Source: Okamejei kenojei (Eukaryota). Taken from it: a stretch of 64,000 bases of DNA. This document shows, piece after piece, positions 11,671 through 25,060 of this stretch. Under the pieces are notes generated by a model. That model was given only the letters and a program-made list of their open reading frames with translations, was not told where the DNA came from and did not search any database. The DNA lies in contig CM069153.1 of NCBI GenBank assembly GCA_035221665.1, positions 32,364,001 to 32,428,000 on the forward strand. The letters are read 5' to 3'. Numbering within the stretch: the stretch's first letter is position 1; each line of letters opens with the position of its first letter. Both the position numbers and the translations under genes were made by a program.

Positions 11671-12752
11671 TCATTAACAATGATTACAGGTTTTCTGAAG
11701 AGTAGGCTGCACTACCGTCCAGGAATGTCCAGTCATTTTGCACCTCACAGTAAAATGGTTTGATCAATTATTCAGTTGCACAGGAGTTGAGAATCAGATT
11801 TGCAATTAGCATTATTTTACAATAAAAATGTTAACTTTTACATGAGCTAATGCTAGCATTGAAACAATTGGAAGAATCTTAATTTGAACTGCCGCAGTTG
11901 TTCCCCTCAATGACAAGTTTGTTAAATGAATGTTTCATTGTTGCTTTAGGTTGTATTTTTACCTACTACAACGATCTAACTGCTCTTGGGTTCATGAGGA
12001 CACAGTGTAAGTTGTAAGATAATGCTGGTATTTGTACTTCTACCATTCTCAATAGGTGTACGTGTGCTTTTGAGAATTTAAAAGGGACTGGTGAAAAAGT
12101 GAGCTGATACTTGTCCATGCCTTTCCATGAGGTAAATGTTAGGTAACATTCAGGAAATTGAATGAAAGATTGAAGTTATGGGAGCTGAGGATGAAAAGAG
12201 AGACCTTCCCTCATTGTTCTCCATCTTTGGAAAAAGTTGAGTAGTATTGCCACTGTTGTGACATTGTCGTGCTGATGGGACAGGAATGGGATTCTCCATA
12301 TCTTGAGCATGATCTTAGAGCTATTTTTTAAATTATAAACCCATGTCATAGATAGAGACAATGTTCTCCGGTCTTGATTCCCCAACACTAGGGAAAAGGG
12401 CCTGTGCATCTACCCTATATATTCCCCTCTAATAGATCTAATACGCCTCAATAAGATCACCCTTCATCCTCCTGCATGTCACAGAATCAAGTCTTAGCCT
12501 GCTAAATTTCTTCCTGTTTAGGCCCTCAAGTCCTGGCAACATCCCAGTAATTCATTTCTGCACTCTTTCCAGTTTAACAACATATTTCCAATAGCAGAGT
12601 GACAAGAACTGAACATAATACTCCAAATGTGGCCTCACCAAAGTCTTGTACAATTGTGACATAACATCCCAACCTTTCACTCCGTCAGCTGTCGCATACA
12701 ACACATAATCCTCCAATATTTTTGCCACCTCCAACAGGATCCACCACCAGCA

Positions 12753-13517
12753 ACATAGAAACATAGAAATTAGGTGCAGGAGTAGGCCATTCGGCCCTTC
12801 GAGCCTGCACCGCCATTCAATATGATCATGGCTGATCATCCAACTCTGTATCCTGTACCTGCCTTCTCTCCATACCCCCTGATCCCTTTAGCCACAAGGG
12901 CCACATCTAACTCCCTCCTAAATATAGCCAATGAAGTGGCCTCAACTACTTTCTGTGGCAGAGAATTCCAGAGATTCACCAATCTCTGTGGGGAAAAATG
13001 TTTTTCTCATCTCGGTCCTAAAAGATTTCCCCCTTATCTTTAAACTGTGACCTCTTGTTTTGGACTTCCCCAACATCGGGAACAATCTTCCTGCATCTAG
13101 CCTGTCCAACCCCTTAAGAATTTTGTAAGTTTCTATAAGATCCCCCCCCCCCCCCCCCTTCAATCTTCTAAATTCTAGCGAGTACAAGCCGAGTTTATCC
13201 AGTCTTTCTTCATATGAAAGTACTGCCATCCCAGGAATCAGTCTGGTGAACCTTCTCTGTACTCCCTCTATGGCAAGAATGTCTTTCCTCAGATTTGGAG
13301 ACCAAAACTGTACGCAATACTCCAGGTGTGGTCTCACCAAGACCCTGTACAACTGCAGTAGAACCTCCCTGCTCCTATACTCAAATCCTTTTGCTATGAA
13401 TGCTAACACACCATTTGCTTTCTTCACTGCCTGCTGCACCTGCATGCCTACTTTCAATGACCATGACACCCAGGTCTCGTTGCATCTCCCCTTTTCCTAA
13501 TCGGCCACCATTCAAAT
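12753..13517 (-). mobile_element. Younger CR1 LINE 3' end
   Basis: ORF 12942-13469(-) with VRPHLEYCVQFWSP...EGVQRRFTRLIPG and a (ctatgttt)n-type tail. Confidence 0.9.
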
Positions 13518-14330
13518 CGTACCATCTCCACCCCTTTTCGCCTTGCGGTGAGACCGTTCCCTCCGCAACTCCTTGGTTAACTCATCCCTTCCCACCCAAA
13601 CCACCCCCTCCCTAGGTACCTTCCCCTGCGACTGCAGGAGATGCAACACCTGTCCCTATACCCCCTTCCTCGACTCTGTCCAGGGACCCTGACAGTCAGG
13701 TTAGGCAGAGGTTCACTTGCACCTCCAACCTCATCTACTATATTCGTTGTTCAGGATGTGGAGTCTTATATATCGACAAAACCAAACGTGGACTGGGCGA
13801 TCTTTTCGCTGAACACCTTCGCTCTACCTGATCTTCCGGTGGCCAAACACTTTAATTCCCCTTCCCATTTCCACACTGACTTTTCTGTCCTATGTCTCCT
13901 CCGTTGTCAGAGTGAGGCTAAACGCAAATTGGAGGAACAACATCTCAAATTTTGTCTGGGCAGTTTACAGCCCAGTGGCATGAATATTGATTTCTCTAAC
14001 TTCAAGTAACCCCTGCATTTCCTCGCTCTCTATCCCTCCACAACCCAAGTTTCGTTCCCACCTAGTAATCAGCTAACAATGTCCTGTTTCCTTTATCATC
14101 ATTATTTTTTTGCATATCTTTCATTCATTCTAGATCTCTCTACATCACTGTCAAAATCTCTCATTTCCCTTTCCACTGACTCTGGTCTGAAGAAAGGTCT
14201 CGACCCGAAATGCCACCCATTACTTCTCTCCAGGACACAGGAACCAAAGATAGCCTGTCCTGCTGAGTTACTCCAGCATTTTGTGTCTATCTTTGGTTGC
14301 GTCAAATCAGCATCTGCAGTTCCTTCCTAC
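13518..14330 (+). mobile_element. Penelope-like element 3' part with GIY-YIG remnant and terminal module
   Basis: LIYYIRCSGCGVLYIDKTK and PVAKHFNSPSH...EEQHLKFCLGSLQPSGMNIDFSNFK*. Hammerhead-like core at 14187-14214. Confidence 0.85.
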
Positions 14331-14899
14331 ACATCCCAACTTTTATCCTCCATATACCCTGACCGATAAAGGCTAACTCGCCGAGTGCCTTCTTCACCAT
14401 CTTTTCCACCTGTGACGCCACTTTCAAGGAGCTGTGTACCTCACTCCAAGATCCCTCTCCTCAACAACACACCCAGGAGCCCTGCCATTCACTGTGAAGG
14501 TCCTGCTGTGGTTTGACTTCCCAAAATGCAACACTTAACACTTATTTGTATAAAACTCTTATCAACCAATCCTCACCATACTAGCCCAACTGATCAGGAT
14601 CCTGCTGTAATTTGTGATGGCTATCTTCGCTATCTACAATACCACCCACTGTAGTGTCACCTGCATATTGTTCAAGAAATGTGCCTTGCATGCCCATTTT
14701 GAGCTACTGTACGAGAGGAGAATAAGTGTAGCCTTGCCTGTAATGTCGACATCTGAGGGGGAATGTTTGCATATTGTGTACATTGTCTTGTGCAGCACAT
14801 TGCTGTTGGTTAATGGTGCAGTTGTCGGTTTTTATTGGTCAGACCCCGGTTAAGCTAATAGACCTGGCACTCGGGGAGAAATTTCTCAGCATTAGTCTT

Positions 14900-15340
14900 T
14901 ATTGATAATGGTTTGTTATTGTCAGGTGTACCGAGATGCAGTGCAAAGCTTTGTTTGCTTGCTCTCCAGTCAAATCATACGATACATAAATACAATCAAG
15001 CCTCACACAAGCCTAAAACGTAGTACAAGGAGAAAAATATCCGAATGCAGAATATACTGTTACAGCATTGTAGTGTTACAGTTAGAGAAAATGTCCAAGA
15101 TTCGTAATGAGGTAGGTTGGAAGATTGGGACTGCACCCTAGCTTATTGGATGACAGTTCAGTAGTCTGATAACAGCAGGGAAGACACTCTTCCTGAATCC
15201 ATTGGTATGTGCTTTCAATATTTTTTATCTTCTGCCTGAAGGGAGAAGAGGAAATGAGCAAGGTTAAATGGTTCTTGACTATGTTGGCTGCATTGCCAAG
15301 GCAGCTTGAAGTGTAGATGGAGTTGATGGTGGGGAGGTTC
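14900..15340 (-). mobile_element. Decayed Rex1/L2-like LINE 3' fragment
   Basis: Minus-strand remnant LPTINSIYTSSCLGNAANIVK plus a tail. Confidence 0.6.
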
Positions 15341-15496
15341 AATGGTTCAATGGTAATTTATTGTCACATGCACCTAGGCACAGTAACATTCCATTTTTGC
15401 GTACACCCACAACTCTCTGCAGTTTTTTATAGTCGTGTTGGAGCTCATGTCAGACTTTAGGCATTAAGTAGGCTTTTTAACCATTGATTTATTTTA

Positions 15497-15790
15497 GAAA
15501 ACATAGAAAATAGGTGCAGGAGGAGGCCATTCGGCCCTTCGAGCCAGCATCGCCATTCATTGTGATCATGGCTGATCGTCCCCAATCAATAACGCGTGCC
15601 TGCCTTCTCCCCATATCCCTTGACTCCACTAGCCCCTAGAGCTCTATCTAACTCTCTCTTAAATCTATCCAGCGATTTGGCTTCCACTGCCCTCTGTGGC
15701 AGGGAATTCCACAAATTCACAACTCTGGGAGAAAAAGTTTTTTCTCACAGTCTTAAATGGCCTCCCCTTTATTCTAAGACTGTGGGCCCT
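15497..15790 (-). mobile_element. CR1 3' tail fragment
   Basis: acatagaaaataggtgcaggaggaggccattcggcccttcgagcc..., shared with the other CR1 copies. Confidence 0.8.
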
Positions 15791-16051
15791 GGATTTGAAA
15801 GAACTCTTCACTTAAGCGCACCCTTCTGCTCCTTTCCCTGCACATTTCTTCCTTCCAAGTATTTATCCAATATCCTTTGGAGAATTATTATCAAACTCAA
15901 TCCTTTGAAGTAATTCCACATCCAGTATCTACCCTGCAATCTCTCAACAAAGAACCCACACTATCTCAATTAAGGGGATTTATCCATAAAATATGGAATG
16001 TATTGATCCATTTTTTAAAAATGATGTTTTACTAGTCATATCCTGTTTTAG

Positions 16052-16233
16052 AGGGAATAGTGGAGGTGATGGAGAAGGAAGACTGCATCCAAGCCTTGAG
16101 TGGACAGATCTTCATAGGAATGGTCTCCTCTCAATATCAAGCTCGGCCTGACATAGTCCGGCTAATCGACAGCCTTGTGAATGCATGCATCAGATTCGTC
16201 TACTTCTCCTTGGAAGATGAGTTAAAAAGCAAG
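16052..16233 (+). CDS. TMEM94: TMEM94 exon (EGIVEVMEKEDCIQALSGQIFIGMVSSQYQAR...FSLEDELKSK)
   Basis: tag|...|gtagtg, 182 nt, phase 1/0. Confidence 0.97.
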
Positions 16234-16819
16234 GTAGTGTTTCTAATTTTGGATTCTGCTGTTTTGGCCAGAAGCCTAATATTATCTCAGATGGCTAACT
16301 GTGCTATAATTGAAGAGATGTTGTAACTTGGAGATTTATTCTCATAATCATTTGGCATTCAGCATTTATACTTTGATGACTCAGGCAAGAATGTAAGCAT
16401 TATTATAACATAGGCTCAGCTGTTATTTTGTACAGATTTTACGAGATAGAACCACGGCATGAACCGGTTGTAGGGAATTGAGTGCAAATAACTGACCGCT
16501 ATTAACATTTTCAGTGCAATAGAAAGGAACCATCTCAAGGTTTTTTTAATGCTTTATGACATGGTGTTTCCACATTCGCAGTTTGAAAGAAGAAGGCTGA
16601 CTTGCATTGTCAATACCTGCAGGCTCCTAATCTCTTCCAAGACCAGGAGTTGCATTCATTCACCTTTATTTCCTTTACCTTATCCTTTAATTGTTCATTC
16701 ATGTCATAGCAGCTGAATTCGGCCAATCAAGTCTAATCCACATTCAATGGATGTGGCCATTGCAGGCTGAGCCAGCATTTAATTGCCAATTGAGCATTGT
16801 GGAACCAAAAAGCAACATA

Positions 16820-17005
16820 ACTTCCGCATTCAATCATAAGATCAGAAGTAGGGATGTTAGCGATGGTTGCACGTTCAACACCATTGATGACACCTCAGAT
16901 AAGGAAGCTGTCCACGTCCAAATGCAGTGAGACCTGGACAATATCCAAGCCTGAACTGATAGGTGGCAAATAACATTCTCGCCACTCAAGTGCCGAGCAA
17001 TTACC
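16820..17005 (+). mobile_element. Old LINE RT fragment
   Basis: Remnant IRSEVGM...DKEAVHVQMQ*DLDNIQA*TDRWQITFSPLKC, resembling the region after FADD in CR1-group RTs. Confidence 0.6.
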
Positions 17006-17541
17006 TAATTTTGGTCATGTAACATCAGAAATATTTTATGTGCTGCATTTTTTTTAATTTGATGTTACTATGTGAAATTTATCAGCCAGATTAAACTTTC
17101 AATGTTTATAAGTGATTGCAAAGTTCTTGAGGATACACTTATGATAAAAGGCATTAAATGCAGGCATGACCTTTGTTCCAATATTTCACCGAGTGTTGTT
17201 ATTTTATTTGCATGTATAAATCTCCACATATAGTCACAGTCACATGGCATGGAAACAGACCCTTTGGCGCAACTTGCCCATGTAGATGTCCCATCTACAT
17301 GGCTCCCACCTGCCCATATTTGGCCTATATCCCTCTAAACCACTATATCTTATCTATATACCTAAACCTTTCATATCCATGATTTGTTTTGTTTGTAAAT
17401 GTGACTGGGGGGAAATATCCTCTCGCACCTGATGACATGTCTGATAAATACCTTATGCTGTGCTTACCTTGGATAACCTTACATATAAAGGAATGCAACT
17501 GAGCACTCACTTAATTTCTAATCGTGTCTTCTTATGTCCAG

Positions 17542-17677
17542 GTATTTGCAGAAAAGATGGGATTAGAAACGGGCTGGAACTGTCACATCTCTCTGCTGCC
17601 GTATGGTGGAGGCTCAGGTTCTGAAATTCCACAGTCCAGCCCAAGCCATGCGGGCTCTCTGCATGATGACCTTCTGG
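17542..17677 (+). CDS. TMEM94: TMEM94 exon (VFAEKMGLETGWNCHISL...SSPSHAGSLHDDLL)
   Basis: cag|...|gtaggg, 136 nt, phase 0/1. Confidence 0.96.
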
Positions 17678-17799
17678 GTAGGGAACCTTTTCATGCTTTC
17701 TACTGAAGCTTGTGGAAAATAAGTGTGATGTGGGCAGAACATGGTATCCACTATAAAATCTGGTATACAAACTGCACATGTAGGATTCTTATCCTACTT

Positions 17800-19452
17800 G
17801 TCCATTGATGGACAACAGGCGCAGGAGTAGGCCATTCGAGCCAGAACCGCCATTCACTGTGATCATGGCTGATCATCCACAATCAGTACCCCATTGCTGC
17901 CTTCTCCCCGTATTCCTCTCTTTAAGAGCTCTATCTAACTCTCTCTTGAAAGCATCCAGAGAATTGGCAGAGAATTTCACAGATTCACAACTCTCTGGGT
18001 CAAAACGTTTTTCCTCATCTCCGTTCTAAATGGCCTCTATTCTTAAATTGTGGGCCTTGGTTCTGCACTCCCCCAACATCGGGAACGTGTTTTCTGCCTC
18101 TAGTTTGTCCAATCCCTTAATAATCTTATGTTTCAATAAGATCCCCTCTCAACCTTCTAAACTCAACGCTCCATTCTTTCAAAATTTGACAGTCCAGCCA
18201 TCCCGGGAATTAACCTCGTGAACCTGCATGCCTTCAATAGCAAGAATGTCCTCCCTCAAATTTGGAGACCAAAATTGCACATAATACTCCAGGTGTGGTC
18301 TTTCCAAGGCCCTGTACAATTGCAGAAAGACCTCTTTGCTCCTATACTCAACTCCTCTTGTTATGAAGGCCAACATGCCATTAGCTTTCTTCACTGCTTG
18401 CCATACCTGCATGCTTACTTTCAGTGACTGATGTACAAGGACGCCCAGATCTCGTTGTATTTCCCCTTTTCCTAACTTGACACCATTTAGATAATAATTT
18501 GCCACCGAAGTGCCAAAACCTCACAGTTATCCACATTAAACTGCATCTGCCCACTCACCCAACCTGTCTAAGTCACCCTGGATCCTCATAGCATCCTCCT
18601 CATAGTTCACACTGCCACCCAGTTTTGTCTTCTGCAAATTTGCTAAATTACTTTTAATCCCTTCATCTAAGTCATTAATGTATATTGTAAGTAGCTGCCG
18701 TCCCAGCGACGAGCCTCGCGGCACCCCACTAGTCACTGCCTGCCATTCTGAAAGGAACCTGTTAATTCCTGTCTGCCAACCAGTTTTCTATCCATGTCAG
18801 TACCTTACCCCCAATACCATGTGTTCTAATTTTGCCCACTAATCTCCTACGTGGGACCATTATCAAAGTCTTTCTGAAAGTCCAGGTACACGTCCACTGG
18901 CTCTCCTTTGTCAATTTTCCTAGTTGCATCCTCAAGAAATTCTAGAAGATTAGTCCAGCATGATTTCCCCTTCATAAATCCATGCTGACTTGGGCCAATC
19001 CTTTTAGTGCTATCCAAATGTGCCCATATTTCATATTTTATAGGCTAACTTGTCTATAATTCCCTGTTTACTCTCTCCCTCCTTTCTTAAAAAGTAATAT
19101 AACAATAGTAATATAACAACCCCCCAATCCACAGGAACTGATCCTGAATCTATAGAACATTGGAAAATTATCACCAATGCGTCCACAATTTTGAGAACCA
19201 CTTCCTTAAGTACCCTGGGATGCAGACCATCAGGCCCTGGTGATTCATCAGCCTTCAGTCCCATCAGTCTATCCAACACCATTTCCTGCGTAATGAGAAC
19301 TTCCTTCAGTTCCCCCGTCACCCTAGGTCCTCTGGCCACTAGTACATCGGGGAGATTGTGTCATCCTTAGTGAAGACAGATCCAAAGTACCTCTTCAATT
19401 CGTCTGCCATTTCCTTGTTCCCCATAATAAATTCACCTGTTTCTGTCTTCAA
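17800..19452 (-). mobile_element. CR1 LINE, about 1.65 kb decayed ORF2 3' half
   Basis: Minus-strand ORFs with SPGPDGLHPRVLKE, SGVPRGS, IYINDLDEG and RPHLEYYVQFWSP. Confidence 0.9.
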
Positions 19453-19870
19453 GGGAGCCATCACTACTCCTCTTCCATCAACTTATCATTCTCTTGTGAT
19501 ACGTTACAGACAGCAGTCAAATAAATCTTTAGCATTGTTGCCTTTGAACTAATGTTTAAAGCAATTCTTTGCATCTTTGTCCTTGATAAAAAATGCATTA
19601 TTTTAAAGGCAGCAGGAGTTAATGATCAACTATATGATTCCACTGCTTATTAAGTTCCTATGGCCTTTAATATTGTGGGACTGAGCTACCTTGAGCTAGC
19701 AAAATTCTTCTTGCTGTTTAAAAGAAGACAATACAACAGGCTGCACCGAATGAGCTGAGAACTCAGTCTTTGGCTGTTTGTTGGTTTGTTTGTTCTATTC
19801 CTTCATGTCAGTAGAAATAATTGAACCCTGCTGAATCTTATCATAACCATTGATCTTTTTAAATGCCTAG

Positions 19871-19986
19871 ATTCAAAGGATGGTGCAGAGGGAGCATTAC
19901 TAGTGGACGAAGAGAGGCACTCTGATCTCATTAGCTTCCAGCCAACGGACAGTGATGTGCCCAGCTTTTTGGAAGATCATAACAGG
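19871..19986 (+). CDS. TMEM94: TMEM94 exon (DSKDGAEGALLVDEERHSDLISFQPTDSDVPSFLEDHNR)
   Basis: tag|...|gtaagc, 116 nt, phase 1/0. Confidence 0.96.
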
Positions 19987-20523
19987 GTAAGCTGGAGGCT
20001 CAGTGATGGATCACTGCCGCGTTTGTGGACTATTTCCATTATAAAAGCTGAGATTTGCTTTGAACCCTTTGCCTCGCATGGTTAGAACAAATGTGAAATT
20101 ACGTTATGTCAATATGTAAAAAAATGTGAAAATAAAGCAAGTTCTTGAAGTGATCATTAATCTCCAACAATTAAATATTTATTATCGACGAATGCTACAC
20201 GGTCAGAGACCTTCTAAAGTTTCTTGTTAATCATGAGATTTGAATCCAAGGATGTCATTTTTAAGGAATTTGCACCGCTCAATTTTAGCAAAGACAGCAA
20301 CAAGCAATATGGCTTTTAATAAAGTAATGGCCCACAAAAGCAGAGTTCAATATAATAGGCATATGAAGGCATATTGGTAAAATATCATTTTGAACCATGT
20401 TTTGGATTGGTCCAATTATTACATGTTTTACTATTATTACATGTAACAGCATATGCCATTATTACATGTATTTTTTTATTTTTCTCTTGCAGTAATGTAA
20501 ATTAAACCCTACCTTACCTTTAG

Positions 20524-20623
20524 GCTAAACTGCCGCGAGGAATCAACCAAGTTCGACCACATCTTCAGAACATTGATAATGTGCCTTTACTGGTCCCTCT
20601 GTTCACCGACTGCACTCAGGACG
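20524..20623 (+). CDS. TMEM94: TMEM94 exon (AKLPRGINQVRPHLQNIDNVPLLVPLFTDCTQD)
   Basis: tag|...|gtaagc, 100 nt, phase 0/1. Confidence 0.97.
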
Positions 20624-20762
20624 GTAAGCGACCATCTGTGGTGTACTCTTAACCATAGTAATTAATATTTGATACCTCTTTAACCTAAGGGCACTGAGTT
20701 AAATTATTTGGCAAAATAAAATTTGTGGAAAAAAATTGCTTTTATGCGAAGTGAATTGTGGA

Positions 20763-21030
20763 TTTGGCCCACCGAGTCCACACTGACCAGTGATCACCCT
20801 GTACACTAGCTGTATGCTACACACAAGGGACAATTTAATATTCTTACCAAAGCCAATTAACCTACAAACCTGCACGTCTTTGAAATGTGGGAGGGAACTG
20901 GAGCACCCAGAGAAAACCCAAGCGGTCACGGGGAAAACATGCAAACTCCGTACAGGCAGCACCCGTAGTCCGGATCAAACTCGGGTCTCTGGCTCTGTAT
21001 GTCAGCAGCGCTACCGCTGCACAACCGTGC
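20763..21030 (-). mobile_element. V-SINE (HE1-like)
   Basis: V-core and tRNA head similar to 3503-3766. Confidence 0.85.
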
Positions 21031-21307
21031 TATGTAAACCGGTAGCTATTCTTGTTTTGGTGAAAAGTCAAAGCTTGCAACATCTGATTTCTCCGAGCTT
21101 AATGGGTGACGGAGGAGTGGGGGTGGAATTTTTTTTTTAATCGGCAGAAGACAGTTTAAGATTTGTGATTTGGAGCTCCTGGAAAAAAATGCAAAGGTTG
21201 GGTTAGCGAGTGCAGAGTTTTGATTGCATTGTGGTTGCTGCATGTAGGAGCTTTTTTTAAGTGCAATTCTGAAGTTTTCCTTTGGAACTAAACTGCTCTT
21301 TTCCCAG

Positions 21308-21416
21308 CAATGTGCGAGATGATGAAGATCATGCAAGAGCATGGAGAGGTGATCTGCTGCCTGGGAAGCTCTGCCAACTTCAGAAACAACTGTCTTTTTC
21401 TACAGAGTGACATTGG
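21308..21416 (+). CDS. TMEM94: TMEM94 exon (AMCEMMKIMQEHGEVICCLGSSANFRNNCLFLQSDIG)
   Basis: cag|...|gtgagg, 109 nt, phase 1/2. Confidence 0.97.
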
Positions 21417-22154
21417 GTGAGGATTCTATTTGCCATTCATTTTGTGCACTTTATTTATGAACCAGTCAGCATTGGCACACATTAAGTGTAAAGGATCTAG
21501 TCCTGAGCAGGAATCAAATGAGATTTCGTAACGCAGAAGGACACAAAATGCTGGAATAACTCAGCAGGTCAGGCAGCATCTCTGGAGAAAAGGAATAAGT
21601 TACGTTTTGGAATTTAAAATACATTCCTGTGTCTACTCGACTAGTCTTCTGTCCTCTTTCTAGCAAGTGCAGAAGAACTCAAATATGGGATGATGACTTG
21701 GTCACTGACAACATGTCTCACTCTTAATATTGCCTACTCTCCACAGCTATTTAGAGAGAGATTTTACGAAGAAATTGAAGGTTTAGGTGCAACCATTGCA
21801 GTTAACATTCAGATAAACATTTACAGAGTAATTGATCATTGTTTTGAGAAAGTTATGGTTCGAATGCACAAGTGCTAGAGGATCTCTTGTAGACACCCAA
21901 CTAAAAATAACATTTTCCCTCCAATTTTGTGCAAATGTTGGCTCCTCTGATACTCCAGTATTCATTATATCAGAGTCACTCAATATTCCACAACTTGGCC
22001 CCACAACTTCTGATTTGGAAGCTGGAGTGCAATGATCTGAGCTGACTCTACATAATGAGAGACCTTGGTGAATAATTTAATCATCATTGAACGTGCACTT
22101 CAAAATTTCTCTTTAAGTATGATGCATCAATTGTTTATGAATTTATAAATTGCA

Positions 22155-22710
22155 ATTCTGGAGTATGGTGTACAATTTTGGTCGCCTAGTTATAGGAAGG
22201 ATGTCAACAAAATAGAGAGAGTACAGAGGAGATTTACTAGAATGTTGCCAGGGTTCCAGCAACTATGTTACAGAGAAAGGTTGAACAAGTTAGGTCTTTA
22301 TTCTTTGGAGCGCAGAAGGTTAAGGGGGGACTTGATTGAGGTCTTTAAAATGATGAAAGGGATAGACAGAGTTGACGTGGATAAGCTTTTCCCATTGAGG
22401 GTAGGGAAGATTCAAACAAGAGGGCATGACATGAGAATTAAGGGACAGAAGTTTAGGGGTAACGTGAGGGGGAACTTCTTTACTCAGAGGGTGGTGGCTG
22501 TGTGGAATGAGCTTCCAGCAGAGGTGGTGGAGGCAGGATCGATTTTAACATTTAAAAGTAAAGTGGATAGGTATATGGACGTGAAGGGAATGGAGGGGTA
22601 TGGTCTGAGTGCAGGTAGATGGGACTAGGAGAAAACAAATGGTCGGCACGGACTGGAAGGGCCGAGAGGGCCTGTTTCCGTGCTGTAATTGTTATATGGT
22701 TATATGGTTA
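22155..22710 (+). mobile_element. CR1 3' end, comparatively young
   Basis: ORF 22242-22628 (LGLYSLERRRLRGDLIEVFK...FFTQRVV) and a (ttatatgg)n tail. Confidence 0.9.
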
Positions 22711-22829
22711 ATATTTTCACACTGATTTTTCCATTGCCACTGAAAACGAGGAATGGATTCATGAAAAATTGGTTGGATTGAAGCAGCCTTGGCAAGCAGT
22801 AAAAACTCAGAATTGACAAAAGGGGGAAC

Positions 22830-25060
22830 ATGCAACATAGAAAAACACAGCGCAGCAATGGCCCCTACGGCTCACAATGTTTGTGCTGAACATGATGCCA
22901 ACTTAAACTGATCTCGTGCCTAGACGTGATCCTTCCACCTACATGTGCCTATCTAAAAGCCTATTAAATGCCACTATGGTAGCTGTCTCCATCACCACCC
23001 CTGGCAATGCATTGCAGGCCCCCATCACTCTCAGTGTAGAAATCATGACCTGCATATCTCCATCAAAGTTTTCCCGTCTCACCTTATAACTGTGCCCTCT
23101 AGTGTTGGAAATTTCACCCTGGGTAAAAGGTTCTGACTGTCTATCTTAACTGTGCTTCTGATAATTTTATATGCTTCTGTGAAGTCTCCCTTCGACCTCC
23201 GATGCTCCAGACAAAACAATCCATAATTACCCAATATCTTCTTGTAACTGAAACCCTCTAATCCAGCAGCATCCTGGTAAATCTCCTTTGCATCCTCTCC
23301 ACAAACTCCACACCATTCCTGAAATGGGGCATCCATAACTGCACGTAACACTCCGAATGTGTGTACTCCTAACCAGATTCTTATAGAGCTACATCATGAC
23401 TTCCTACCTCTTGTACCCAATGTCCCTAGCCGTGAAGGCAAGCATTCCCTACGTCTACTTGTGCTACCACCTTCAGTGAGCTGTGAACTTGGACTCCAAG
23501 ATCCATTGGAACATCAATGGTGTTTGGAGTCTAGCCATTAACTGTATACTCTTCCCTTATATTCAAGCTCCAAAAGTGCAATACCTCACACCTGCTTGGA
23601 TTAAACTCCATCTGCCATTTCCCCTCGCATTTCTGCAATTGATCTACATCCCGCTCTGTCTTCAGACAGCCTCGTGAACTGTCTGCAACTCCTCCAACTT
23701 TGGTGTGATCAGCAAACTTTGTTAACAAACCATCTACGTTTGCACAGGTCCCTGCAGAATTCCTCTGGTCACAGACATCCAGCCAGTATATCTTCCTTCC
23801 ACCAAAACCCTCTGTCTTCTATGAATAAACCAGTTCTGAATCCATACAACCAAGTCATCATGAATCCCACCCAACATAATCATCTGGATCAGCCTACCAT
23901 GAGGACCTTATCAAAAGCCTTACTAAAATCCATGTACATAACATCCATCGCCTTACCTTCATCAATCTCCTTCGTCACCACCTCAAACTGGATCAAGTAA
24001 GATACGACGTGCCCCATACACAACCGTGCTGGCTATATCTAATTAGCCCATTCTCTTCCAAACGGGAGTAAATCCTATCTCGGAGTATTCCTCCGATAGA
24101 TTTCACACCACTGATGTGAGGTTCACCAGCCTATAGTTTCCTGGATTCTCTCTACTTCCCTTCTTAAACAAAGAAACAACATTGGCCACTCTCCAGTCCT
24201 CAGGGACGTCGCCTGTGGCTACAGAAGAAAAAGAGATATTCGTCGAGGCCTCCACAAACTCCTCCCTTGCCTCCCATAATAGCCTAGGATAGATCTAACG
24301 GGCCTTGGGGATTTATCCACCCTAATGCTCTTCCAGAGCCTCAGCACAGCTTATTTCTCTATCTCAAACTGCTCTAACGTATTTGTATTATCCGCACTGA
24401 TCTCATTGTCCTCCAAGTACATTTTGGTGAATATGGATGCAAAGTACTGATTTAGCCCTCACCTACATTCTACGACGACTCTAAGCATAGATACCCTCCT
24501 TTAACCTTGAGCGGTCCTTCCTTCTCCCTGGTCACCCTCTTGCTTTTAACATGTGTCTTAAAATCCTTGGATTTTCTTTAATCCGACAGGCAAATTATAT
24601 TTAATGGCCCCTTTTGACCCTTCACCCGCTTGAGTTTCCCACTTGTTTTATATTCCTCATAAGCCCTGATGCCATCTTCTTAAATCTGGCATGCACTTCC
24701 TTTCCATCCTGACCAATTTTACAATCTCTCCTGCTTACTGGAACATTCTGATCTTGCACATTGATCAGCATGCTCAGTGGATTTGCCCAATAACAACTGC
24801 TTCCAATCTATGCTCCCTAACTCCTACCTAATGACATAGTAATTTGCTTTACCCCAAGCAAATACCTTCTCCCAACATCCTGAACTGTCCCTATTCAAAA
24901 CAATCTTAAAACTTATGGAGTTGTGATCACTATCGCCGTAAAATTAATCACCTGGCCAGGTTTGTTTCCCAATACAAGATCCAGTATGGTCCCTCCTTGA
25001 GTTACACTTTCCACATTCTGTTTAAGGAAATCTTCGTGGATACACCTAACAAATTCTGCC
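22830..25060 (-). mobile_element. Old CR1 LINE, about 2.2 kb
   Basis: Decayed RT remnants (KFADHTKVGGV, KWQMEFN, YMDFSKAFDKV) on the minus strand. Confidence 0.8.

Larger units (their letters stand above)
12330..14660. mobile_element. Nested cluster: old CR1(-) interrupted by Penelope(+), itself interrupted by a younger CR1(-)
   Basis: Old CR1 12330-12673 resumes at 14331, with acatcccaac duplicated at 12664-12673 and 14331-14340. Penelope occupies 12674-12752 and 13518-14330. The young CR1 occupies 12753-13517. Confidence 0.8.
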
